Assembly (NCBI GenBank): GCA_016649995.1 | Contig: JAENWJ010000003.1 | Location: 349 to 64,348, forward strand | Length of the DNA: 64,000 bases | Reading direction: 5' to 3' | Source of the DNA: Peptostreptococcaceae bacterium | GTDB taxonomy: Bacteria > Bacillota > Clostridia > Peptostreptococcales > BM714 | Shown: positions 56,099-64,000 of the stretch, piece by piece | Layout of the letters: each line of letters opens with the position of its first letter | Numbering within the stretch: position 1 is the first letter of the stretch | Translations under genes and position numbers: made by a program | The notes under the pieces: generated by a model | The model's input: only the letters and a program-made list of their open reading frames with translations | What the model was told of the DNA's origin: nothing | The model's database searches: none

Positions 56099-58185
56099 TG
56101 AAAGGAATACCCATGAAAAATAATCAAGTAAGCGCAATGAAGCAAATAAGCAACAATATGGGTACATTGACTGCATTTGGCGTCATTGGCATAATAGGTA
56201 TGATAATTTTACCTATGCCTCCTATTTTGCTTGACATACTGTTGACTTTTAATATAACTTTGGCCATGATAATCTTGCTTATTACCATGTTTACCACGGA
56301 TACTCTCCAGTTTTCGTCTTTTCCCACGCTGCTTTTGATTACAACATTGTTTCGTCTGGGGCTAAATGTCTCCTCGACTCGCCTGATTCTCAGTCAGGGG
56401 GCGGCGGGAGAAGTGATTGGTGCATTTGGAGGGTTTGTAACAGGAGACAATTATGTGGTGGGGGCCATTATTTTCATAATCATTGTTGTCATACAATTCA
56501 TAGTTATAACCAACGGTGCCGGACGGGTTGCTGAAGTGGGAGCTCGTTTCACCCTTGATGCCATGCCGGGCAAGCAGATGAGCATTGATGCAGATCTTAA
56601 TGCCGGAGTAATAACGGATCAGGATGCCAAAAGCCGAAGACAGAATTTGCAGAGAGAAGCGGATTTTTACGGATCTATGGATGGAGCAAGTAAATTTGTC
56701 AAAGGCGATGCCATTGCAGGAATCGTAATTGTAATAATAAACTTTCTCGGTGGCATAACTATTTTCGTGGGCCAGAAGGGTCTGCCGTTCGGAGAAGCCA
56801 TACAGAAGTTTGGAATACTCACAATCGGGGACGGTCTCGTGAGTCAGGTTCCGGCACTCTTGATTTCCGTGGCTTCGGGAATATTAGTGACGCGGTCGGC
56901 TACTGGCACTGATTTTGGAAGTGAACTCTCAAAACAGCTTATGTCAGAGCCTAAAGCTATTGGAATAGTTTCTGTAGTGCTTCTGGGGCTTGGTCTGATT
57001 CCGGCCCTACCCAATTTCCTTTTCCTCAGCATTGGCACATTAAACGGAATTCTAGCCTATTTTCTTAATGAGGAAGCCAAACAAAAGAAACGGGCTGAAA
57101 GCGTTAAAAGAGCAAAACCTGCCGTTGCAATAGAAAGAGAACCGGAAGATGTTGTAAAATACATTCAAGTCGAAGCACTTGAGATAGAAATAGGGTACGG
57201 TCTTATTGCCTTGACGGATGCTTCTTCAGGGGGGGATTTATTAGATAGGATTGCGGCCGTTAGACGGCAATGCGCGACGGAAATGGGTATAATAGTTCAA
57301 CCCATTCGCATACGCGACAATCTTCAACTGCCATCAGATGCTTATGTAATCAAGATTCGGGGCAATGAAATCGTTTCAGGGGAAGTTTTGCATAATCATT
57401 ATCTTGTTATGGATCCGGGAAACGATAAAATGGAAGTTGTTGGAAAAGAAACGGTGGAACCGGCCTTTGGATTGCCGGCAGTATGGGTGGATGAGTCCCA
57501 GAAGGACAAGGCTGAGATGCTCGGGTACACTATTGTCGATCCGGCGACGGTTATGGTGACTCATCTGAATGAGGTGATTCGTAAGTATAGTCATGAGCTT
57601 CTGGGTCGGCAGGAGGTCAAATCCCTTTTAGATATGCTTAAGGAAAAGTATGGAGCCGTAGTGGAGGAACTTATTCCGGATTTGCTTTCTGTTGGGGATT
57701 TGCAAAAAGTTCTACAGAATCTTTTAAGGGAGCGGGTTCCCATAAAGGATCTTGTCACCATACTTGAAACTTTGGCGGACTATGCTGTGAATACCAAGGA
57801 TACGGAGATTCTTACAGAATATGTGCGTCATAGAATTGGCCGAACCATTGTGAAACCGTATTTGAATGAAAAGGGAAGTCTGGATGTGATTACGATTCAT
57901 CCGGATGTAGAACAGAAGATTTATGAGAACATACAAAAATCTTTTCAAGGATCTTTTCCGGCCATAAATCCGGAACTTAATTCCGAGATTCTTGAAAAAC
58001 TTAGCCAGCTTAGACAGGAAAGCGTCGTTAAGAATAAGAAGCCCGTAGTTCTGGCTTCTCCGAGAATACGGGGTCCATTTAAGCGTTTGGTTGAGATTAC
58101 TTTTTCGGATTTGGCGGTGATTTCTCTGAATGAAATACCGAATTCTATTGAAATAGAAGGAGTGGGGATGGTGAAAAAATCATGA
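56098..58185 (+). CDS. flhA: Flagellar export gate protein FlhA
   Basis: 695 aa. FPTLLLITTLFRLGLNVSSTRLIL and RFTLDAMPGKQMSIDADLNAG. Confidence 0.97.
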   Translation: MKGIPMKNNQVSAMKQISNNMGTLTAFGVIGIIGMIILPMPPILLDILLTFNITLAMIILLITMFTTDTLQFSSFPTLLLITTLFRLGLNVSSTRLILSQGAAGEVIGAFGGFVTGDNYVVGAIIFIIIVVIQFIVITNGAGRVAEVGARFTLDAMPGKQMSIDADLNAGVITDQDAKSRRQNLQREADFYGSMDGASKFVKGDAIAGIVIVIINFLGGITIFVGQKGLPFGEAIQKFGILTIGDGLVSQVPALLISVASGILVTRSATGTDFGSELSKQLMSEPKAIGIVSVVLLGLGLIPALPNFLFLSIGTLNGILAYFLNEEAKQKKRAESVKRAKPAVAIEREPEDVVKYIQVEALEIEIGYGLIALTDASSGGDLLDRIAAVRRQCATEMGIIVQPIRIRDNLQLPSDAYVIKIRGNEIVSGEVLHNHYLVMDPGNDKMEVVGKETVEPAFGLPAVWVDESQKDKAEMLGYTIVDPATVMVTHLNEVIRKYSHELLGRQEVKSLLDMLKEKYGAVVEELIPDLLSVGDLQKVLQNLLRERVPIKDLVTILETLADYAVNTKDTEILTEYVRHRIGRTIVKPYLNEKGSLDVITIHPDVEQKIYENIQKSFQGSFPAINPELNSEILEKLSQLRQESVVKNKKPVVLASPRIRGPFKRLVEITFSDLAVISLNEIPNSIEIEGVGMVKKS

Positions 58186-59282
58186 TTGTAAAAAAATATC
58201 TAGTTGATGACATGTATGATGCCATGGTTAAAATCAAGCAGGATCTTGGAAGCAATGCAATTATTGTTAGCAAGCGCAGTGTTCGGCAAAAGGGTTTTTT
58301 CTGGTTCTTAAAAAAACGGGTATTAGAAGTGACGGCGGCCACAGAGACTGAGGAGATGAAAGAACGGGGTATCCAGAAAAAGACGCCTGTGGTAGAAAAA
58401 GAGCCGGAGCCTGAAAAGGATTCGGAAAATATGTGCAAAGAAGTCCATGAACTTCGAGATATTGTCATGGAACTGGTAGGAAAGGTGCAGACGCCCAAGA
58501 CAAAGGCCTTCGGCGGCAAGAACGCCTTGTATGATATGCTGGTTGATATGGATTTCAACAGGATAGTAATAGATGATTTCGATACATATTGCGAGGTCAA
58601 AAAGGTTTCACCGGAGGATGTCAATAGGATTATACTATATGAATTCTTAAAGGAACGTTTCAATGATAAGTTGAAAGTAGATGTGCCAAAGAGCCGGGTA
58701 ATGATTTTTGTAGGACCTACGGGGGTCGGCAAGACCACGACAATCGCGAAAATCGCTTCAAGCGAATCTTTGATTCATCAGAAAAAAGTCGGTTTAATCA
58801 CTATCGATACTTATCGAATCGGGGCTGTAGAGCAATTGAAAATATATGCCAATATTTTGGATATCCCCCTCGAAGTTGTGGTTTCCAAGGAGGAACTGCA
58901 GGAAGCCTTCGAACGATTGGATGATTGCGATCTGATATTGATTGATTCTACCGGTAGAAGCCATAAGAATACTCAACAATTGGATAAAATGAAGAGTTAC
59001 ATTGATGTAGTCGATGACAAAAAAACTTACTTAGTAGTTAGCATGACAACGAAAAATACAGACTTTGTTAAGATTATTAAAAATTACGAGTGCATGGATT
59101 ATGACCACCTGATTTTAACGAAACTTGACGAAACTCAGAGCTATGGCAATATTGTCAATGCTTTCTATTGTTCCGACAAGCCAATAACCTACATCAGTAC
59201 GGGCCAAGTAGTGCCGGACGATTTGGAAAAGGCATCGAAGGATTTATTGTTTAAATATGCGTGGGGAGAGTTGCAAGTATGA
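58182..59282 (+). CDS. flhF: Flagellar GTPase FlhF (SRP-type)
   Basis: FVGPTGVGKTTTIAKIA, DTYRIGAVEQL, IDSTGRS and LTKLDET. Confidence 0.95.
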   Translation: MIVKKYLVDDMYDAMVKIKQDLGSNAIIVSKRSVRQKGFFWFLKKRVLEVTAATETEEMKERGIQKKTPVVEKEPEPEKDSENMCKEVHELRDIVMELVGKVQTPKTKAFGGKNALYDMLVDMDFNRIVIDDFDTYCEVKKVSPEDVNRIILYEFLKERFNDKLKVDVPKSRVMIFVGPTGVGKTTTIAKIASSESLIHQKKVGLITIDTYRIGAVEQLKIYANILDIPLEVVVSKEELQEAFERLDDCDLILIDSTGRSHKNTQQLDKMKSYIDVVDDKKTYLVVSMTTKNTDFVKIIKNYECMDYDHLILTKLDETQSYGNIVNAFYCSDKPITYISTGQVVPDDLEKASKDLLFKYAWGELQV

Positions 59283-60157
59283 TGGATCAAGCGAATCGTC
59301 TGAGAAGTATGGTTGTTCAAAGAGATATCAATCATCTACAAAATAATATGAATCGGAATATCAAGATATATACCATTGCAAGCGGCAAGGGCGGAGTCGG
59401 CAAGACCAATATTGCCGTCAATATGGCCATAGCTATGCAGAAGAAAGGTCAAAGGGTCATGATTTTGGATGCGGATTTGGGACTTGCAAATGTGGACGTG
59501 GTGTTGGGAATTTATCCGAGTATTACACTCTATGACGTTATGTTTAAGAACAAACATCTGAACGACGCTGTTGTAAGCGGTCCGGGGGGGATTCGCATCA
59601 TTCCAGGGGGATCGGGAATGATGGAAATGACTAAAATTGATGGGAAAAGGCAAGGTGAACTGGCAAAACAATTCACTGAAATCGAGGATATCGATATTCT
59701 TCTAATTGATACAGGGGCAGGCATATCAATGAATCAATTGTCATTTATCACTTTTTCCCATGAAGTGATTCTGGTCACAACTCCGGAGCCTACATCCATC
59801 ACAGATGTATATAGCGTCATGAAAATCATAGCGGAGCTTAAAATGAAGAAAAAAGTTAAATTGATTGTGAATAAGGCTACCAGTAGTAAGCTGGCTGAAT
59901 TGACATATGAAAAGCTTCAGAAGACATCAAGTAACTTCCTGGGTATCAATTTGGAATATCTTGGGTATGTTGTAGACGACGTACGAGTGGTTAATTCGGT
60001 CATGAAGCAGGTGCCTTTTATACTGCAATATCCCAATTGCCTTGCGAGTCAGAGCATCGAAAGAATTTCAGACCGGATTATGGGAGAGGAAGTGCAAGGG
60101 ACGAAAATCAGAACCATGTCGGAAGTCTACAATCGATTATTTAAAATTTTTGGGTGA
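59279..60157 (+). CDS. flhG: MinD/ParA-type ATPase FlhG (YlxH)
   Basis: Deviant Walker A ASGKGGVGKTN and ILDADLGLANV. ATGA overlap with flhF. Confidence 0.9.
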   Translation: MMDQANRLRSMVVQRDINHLQNNMNRNIKIYTIASGKGGVGKTNIAVNMAIAMQKKGQRVMILDADLGLANVDVVLGIYPSITLYDVMFKNKHLNDAVVSGPGGIRIIPGGSGMMEMTKIDGKRQGELAKQFTEIEDIDILLIDTGAGISMNQLSFITFSHEVILVTTPEPTSITDVYSVMKIIAELKMKKKVKLIVNKATSSKLAELTYEKLQKTSSNFLGINLEYLGYVVDDVRVVNSVMKQVPFILQYPNCLASQSIERISDRIMGEEVQGTKIRTMSEVYNRLFKIFG

Positions 60158-60172
60158 GGATGGTATGAATCG

Positions 60173-60868
60173 ATGGAATACGTGATTAATAGCAAAGTGG
60201 ACGTATCGTCAATTGAAAATGAGCATATCGGAAGTAGCTTGCTTCAGGATTTTGATGAAGCTTATATTTACATCAGCATTCCCATAGATAAAGGGATGCA
60301 GAAAAGACTCGAGGCGGGGCGAAAGATAAAACTGATTTATTATGAAGAAAACCGCCTTTATTACTTTGATAGCATTGTTGACGGATCGAAAATGGACAAT
60401 ATTCTGCTTTACCGAGTGCCGCGGCCGAAAGACTACAAAACAGAAATAGTTCAAAGACGTGAGGATATCCGATTTTCCATAGTATTGAACGTGTATTACA
60501 TGAAAATTGATATCAATAAATTGGACGACTTAAATGTTATGGTTATGAATGAGATTGAGGAGCATTTTGAACGTTTTGAACATTCTTTTAAAAAATGCGT
60601 GAGCGTTGATTTGAGTGGGCAGGGCATAGGTTTGATTAGCGCGGATAACCTCAAGGAGGGTGACCATATTCTTGTTTTGATAGAACACCCTCTGCTGAAA
60701 GAGGCTCTAAAAGGACAGGTTATATGCAAGGAGAAATTGTACAAGGGTAAAGGACAGAGATGTCGGGTCGGTGTGCGATTTTTAGATTTGAAATTCAATA
60801 CGAAAGAAAAAATCATTCATTTCATCTTTGAAAAGATGAGAGAACAGTTAGAAATTCGCAAAGAATGA
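60173..60868 (+). CDS. PilZ-domain flagellar brake protein (YcgR/MotI-like)
   Basis: c-di-GMP binding motifs QRREDIR (RxxxR) and VDLSGQGIG (DxSxxG). Confidence 0.8.
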   Translation: MEYVINSKVDVSSIENEHIGSSLLQDFDEAYIYISIPIDKGMQKRLEAGRKIKLIYYEENRLYYFDSIVDGSKMDNILLYRVPRPKDYKTEIVQRREDIRFSIVLNVYYMKIDINKLDDLNVMVMNEIEEHFERFEHSFKKCVSVDLSGQGIGLISADNLKEGDHILVLIEHPLLKEALKGQVICKEKLYKGKGQRCRVGVRFLDLKFNTKEKIIHFIFEKMREQLEIRKE

Positions 60869-60881
60869 TGAGGTGTTGATT

Positions 60882-61619
60882 ATGATGGAACAATTGGCGT
60901 ATGGCAGAACAGAAGAGGATATCTTGAGATATCTTCCCTTGGTTAAAAAAGTAGTGGATAGGATTGGAACAAATAACAAGCAGAATATGGAACGAGAGGA
61001 CTTGATTCATATAGGCATCATCGGGCTTATGGATGCTTTCTCGAGATATGATGCTTCAAAAAATACGCCTTTTGAGCATTATGCCAAATGGCGTATTCGT
61101 GGCACCATCCTTGATGAGTTGAGAAAGAACGGTTTGATTTCGAGGGATAGGATGAGCAAGGTGAATCGTTTGTACGAAGCCGTGAAAATTTTGCAACAGC
61201 GACAAATGAGGGAACCTACAGATAAAGAAATCTGTGAATATCTAGGTATCGATGTTCATCAGCTTGATGCCATACATCATACAGTGCACTTCTTATCCCA
61301 GTATTCCCTGGAAGGTACGCTTTTTGTCGCAGATCAGAAAGATTATTCGTTGAAAGATATTCTGGTGGATGAAAATGCAGAAAACCCAATTGAAACATTG
61401 GAAGCGGATGAGCGTTCCCTTTTACTGGCAGAGGCTATTGAAGGTTTGAAGGAAAGAGAAAGGTTTATTCTGAATTTGTATTATTACGAAGAGCTTCCAT
61501 TGAAAGATATTGCCGTTCTCTTGGGTGTGTCCCTGTCTAGAGTGTCGCAAATACACGGAAAGATATTGCTTAAGATGAGAGGATATTTGTCTGAGGAAGG
61601 GGGAACTATCCGAATATGA
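60882..61619 (+). CDS. sigD: Flagellar sigma factor SigD/FliA (sigma-28)
   Basis: DLIHIGIIGLMDAFSRYD (region 2) and LKDIAVLLGVSLSRVSQIHGKIL (region 4.2). The ATG at 60882 is preferred over the GTG at 60873. Confidence 0.9.
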   Translation: MMEQLAYGRTEEDILRYLPLVKKVVDRIGTNNKQNMEREDLIHIGIIGLMDAFSRYDASKNTPFEHYAKWRIRGTILDELRKNGLISRDRMSKVNRLYEAVKILQQRQMREPTDKEICEYLGIDVHQLDAIHHTVHFLSQYSLEGTLFVADQKDYSLKDILVDENAENPIETLEADERSLLLAEAIEGLKERERFILNLYYYEELPLKDIAVLLGVSLSRVSQIHGKILLKMRGYLSEEGGTIRI

Positions 61620-62062
61620 AGATTCTGATTATGATTATTGGGACGGTTTGCGTAATTTACGGTTTTGTCAAAAAGAGACGCAAACGGGCCTTTCGAAGTG
61701 TATTGGATGATGTTGAAAAAGAATCTGCCGATAAGATAGTGGATTCGCTTGATTCAGACGTTTTGTTTACCGATAGTATGGATATGGGCCGAGCTGTTCG
61801 TCAAATGGAATCTGATTTTATAAATATCAGTAATTCCAAAAGAGCTCTAGAGGATAGAGTTACACTGATAGAAAATTTATTGCAAGATTTCAAACCCCCT
61901 AGGCAGCACATAGAGCAAACGTATTCGGGAAATTCCAAAAGTCTAAAAAAAGAATTTTACGACAAGCTGGATTTCAATGGAAAGAGCTTGGAGGAATTAT
62001 CTATGGAGACAGGTTTGGACAAGGGGGAATTACTATTATTGAAAAAAAATTATCAAAAATAA
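61616..62062 (+). CDS. Hypothetical membrane-anchored protein (SwrB-like position). Its reading frame possibly continues to 62241 after a 1-nt shift in an A8 tract.
   Basis: N-terminal TM segment MKILIMIIGTVCVIYGF. See the finding on the A8 tract at 62042-62049. Confidence 0.5.
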   Translation: MKILIMIIGTVCVIYGFVKKRRKRAFRSVLDDVEKESADKIVDSLDSDVLFTDSMDMGRAVRQMESDFINISNSKRALEDRVTLIENLLQDFKPPRQHIEQTYSGNSKSLKKEFYDKLDFNGKSLEELSMETGLDKGELLLLKKNYQK

Positions 62063-62237
62063 AACTTTCTGCGAATTTCATAATAGGGTTCGGTACCGGA
62101 TTATTAGTGGCAGTTTTGTTGCTGGGTTTTTCAAGAGTCGGGCTTACCAATTATGAATTGGAAAAAAAAGCCAGAGATTTAGGGATGATGTATCATTCAG
62201 AGATTAAGGCACAAGACTTTTATGAGGAGGCTACCAA

Positions 62238-63011
62238 GTGATTAGAGGATTGTATACAGCAGCATCGGGTATGATAGTGCAACAAAAGCGCCAAGAGAAC
62301 GTTTCCAATAATATAGCAAATATCGAGACGCCTTCTTTCAAAAAACAGACTCTGATGGTCATGGCCAGAGAGGATTCGCAAATTCTCAAAAGTTCAGGAA
62401 ATTCCAAGACTTCCCTTGGAACGCTTCAGTTCGGATTGGAAATTAATGATGCGCTGACTGATTTTTCGCAGGGACTGCTCAAGGAAACCGGTAGGCCTGA
62501 GGATTTGGCTATTGAAGGTCGTGGGTTTTTTAAGACAGAGCTTATCTCCGGACAAGCCGCCTACACTCGAAATGGTTCCATTGAAAGGGATGGCATGGGT
62601 TATCTTGTCAATTCAAGCGGATTTCGTTTATTTGGAAAAAGTTCCGAAAGCGGAGGATTTGAACCGATACAGCTTGATAAGGCAAATTTCGCGGTTGATA
62701 GTGCAGGAAATATTACCGATTCCGAGGGGAAAAAGCTTTACACACTTGATCTAGTTGATTTTGAGGATCTTAGTGCTCTCGTAGAAGTGACAGATGGTGT
62801 TTACATTCTTCCGGTTGATAAAAATAACCTTGAAATACCGGCAAAAAATACGCGATTAGTATCAGGGGTTCAAGAAGCTTCTAATGTAAACGCCCTTGAG
62901 GAGATGGTTAAGCTTATTGAAATAGCCCGCAGTTTTGAATCGAATCAAAGAGTGATTCAATCGCTGGATGAAATCCTGGGTATGGCGGTCAGCGACATCG
63001 GCAGAGTATAA
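62238..63011 (+). CDS. Flagellar basal-body rod protein, FlgF/FlgG family
   Basis: (M)IRGLYTAASGMIVQQKRQENVSNNIANIETPSFKK and C-terminal NALEEMVKLIEIARSFESNQRVIQ. Confidence 0.85.
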   Translation: MIRGLYTAASGMIVQQKRQENVSNNIANIETPSFKKQTLMVMAREDSQILKSSGNSKTSLGTLQFGLEINDALTDFSQGLLKETGRPEDLAIEGRGFFKTELISGQAAYTRNGSIERDGMGYLVNSSGFRLFGKSSESGGFEPIQLDKANFAVDSAGNITDSEGKKLYTLDLVDFEDLSALVEVTDGVYILPVDKNNLEIPAKNTRLVSGVQEASNVNALEEMVKLIEIARSFESNQRVIQSLDEILGMAVSDIGRV

Positions 63012-63024
63012 GGGGGGTTGAAGC

Positions 63025-63807
63025 ATGTATAGATCATTGTATACAAGTAGAACCGGTATGAATGCATATCAAAATAAGTTGGATGTAATCTCAAACAATT
63101 TGGCCAATAGCCAGACCGATGGATATAAACGGATTTCCACGGAATTTGAAAGTCTTTTGAAGGATTCACTTAATGGCAGGGGTGTGCCGCTATCTGAAAA
63201 CGCAGGAAAGAACCTTGTAATAGGAACAGGGATAAAGACAGGCGACTCCATTCGCATATGGGAACAGGGCATACTGATGACTGATGAGAATCCACTTGCA
63301 ATAGCCCTGGATGGGGAAGGATTCTTTGGAGTGGAAAATCCTTCAGGGGATTTGCTTTTGACAAGAAACGGGCAGTTTGGACTTTCTTTGAATGGTGAAC
63401 TTGTCAATGAAGATGGCTATAAGGTGGCCGTTGAAAACGAGGAATCACTTGAAGGATGGGCTCCGGAGCAAATAGAGGTAACAGTGGATGGCGAATTATT
63501 CGTGACAGGGACAGACGGAGAAATAAAATCCATGGGAAGCCTGAAACTTTACAGGACCATGTCTCAGGAAGTCTTGACAGAGGTGGGAGAGGGCTATTTC
63601 TTATCCGACGAAAATGGACTGGAGCAGATTGAGAGGAATAAGTTATTTGAAACGGTGGTAAGGCAGGGATTTGTCGAGAAATCCAATGTGGATATCGGTC
63701 AGGAAATGGTGGACATGATGATTTCGCAGAGAGCTTATCAGATGAATGCCCGTGCAGTACAGACTGCCGATGAAATGTGGTCATTGATTAACAACATGAA
63801 GCGGTAA
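63025..63807 (+). CDS. flgG: Flagellar basal-body rod protein FlgG
   Basis: MYRSLYTSRTGMNAYQNKLDVISNNLANSQTDGYK and C-terminal GQEMVDMMISQRAYQMNARAVQTADEM. Confidence 0.9.
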   Translation: MYRSLYTSRTGMNAYQNKLDVISNNLANSQTDGYKRISTEFESLLKDSLNGRGVPLSENAGKNLVIGTGIKTGDSIRIWEQGILMTDENPLAIALDGEGFFGVENPSGDLLLTRNGQFGLSLNGELVNEDGYKVAVENEESLEGWAPEQIEVTVDGELFVTGTDGEIKSMGSLKLYRTMSQEVLTEVGEGYFLSDENGLEQIERNKLFETVVRQGFVEKSNVDIGQEMVDMMISQRAYQMNARAVQTADEMWSLINNMKR

Positions 63808-63810
63808 TCA

Positions 63811-63832
63811 GGCTTTTGAAAGCCTGGTTTAG
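63811..63832 (+). terminator. Possible weak terminator hairpin
   Basis: CAGGCTTT-tga-AAGCCTG followed by GTTT. Confidence 0.35.
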
Positions 63833-63910
63833 AAAGTCTTTATATAAGCAAGCGAACATCGAGAACTGCGGGAACGTTATTCGACACCAAAAGCAATTAG
63901 GAGGAAAAAG

Positions 63911-64000
63911 ATGACATCCGCATGGATTGAACTATATGTAAAGTTAATACTTTTTATTGTGTTTTTTAAAGTGATAGGTTCAGCAACATTTAAAGGTTGG
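63911..64000 (+). CDS. Partial ORF running off the window (hydrophobic N-terminus)
   Basis: ATG after SD AGGAGGAAAAAG. MTSAWIELYVKLILFIVFFKVIGSATFKGW.... Confidence 0.4.
   Translation, partial: MTSAWIELYVKLILFIVFFKVIGSATFKGW

Overview
This is a 64-kb chromosomal segment from a low-GC Firmicute (Clostridia/Tissierellia-like codon usage and gene content), almost entirely coding on the + strand. There are three parts.

(1) Bases 1-10.3 kb look accessory. An IS1634-family transposase is truncated by the window edge. It is followed 68 bp later by a tightly coupled four-gene operon: a JetD/MksG-like Toprim protein, a 538-aa kleisin-like protein, a 233-aa KITE-like protein and a 1465-aa SMC-like ABC ATPase. 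This is a Wadjet/Mks-like condensin defence candidate with a permuted D-A-B-C gene order, and it is my top candidate for a novel system. An orphan 270-aa gene with a possible PD-(D/E)xK motif follows.

(2) Bases 10.4-27.5 kb are mostly housekeeping. Genes present are a patatin-like lipase, a phosphoglucomutase, pgi flanked by two paralogous unknown genes, an AEC transporter, a DUF1893 protein, a secreted glycosidase-domain protein, a TtcA-like gene, metK with a SAM-I riboswitch, and a sigma factor followed by DUF1659, DUF2922 and YvrJ genes.

(3) Bases 28-64 kb hold a near-complete flagellar/motility regulon. It starts with a decayed cheA pseudogene and cheY-fliM-fliY, continues through flgM to fliS and through flgB to sigD, and ends with rod genes. 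I read three SigD-type promoters, CsrA sites on the flagellin leader, a PilZ brake protein, and a c-di-GMP-I riboswitch placed inside the operon between fliE and fliF.

Recurrent unexplained non-coding structure:
- Six composite heptanucleotide tandem-repeat arrays sit just after stop codons.
- A nested array of a ~231-bp structured repeat lies between metK and the TtcA-like gene.
- An AT-rich scar upstream of the cheA remnant carries a possible type I toxin-like small ORF.

No tRNA, rRNA or CRISPR array was seen. All family assignments come from motif recognition by eye; no searches were run.
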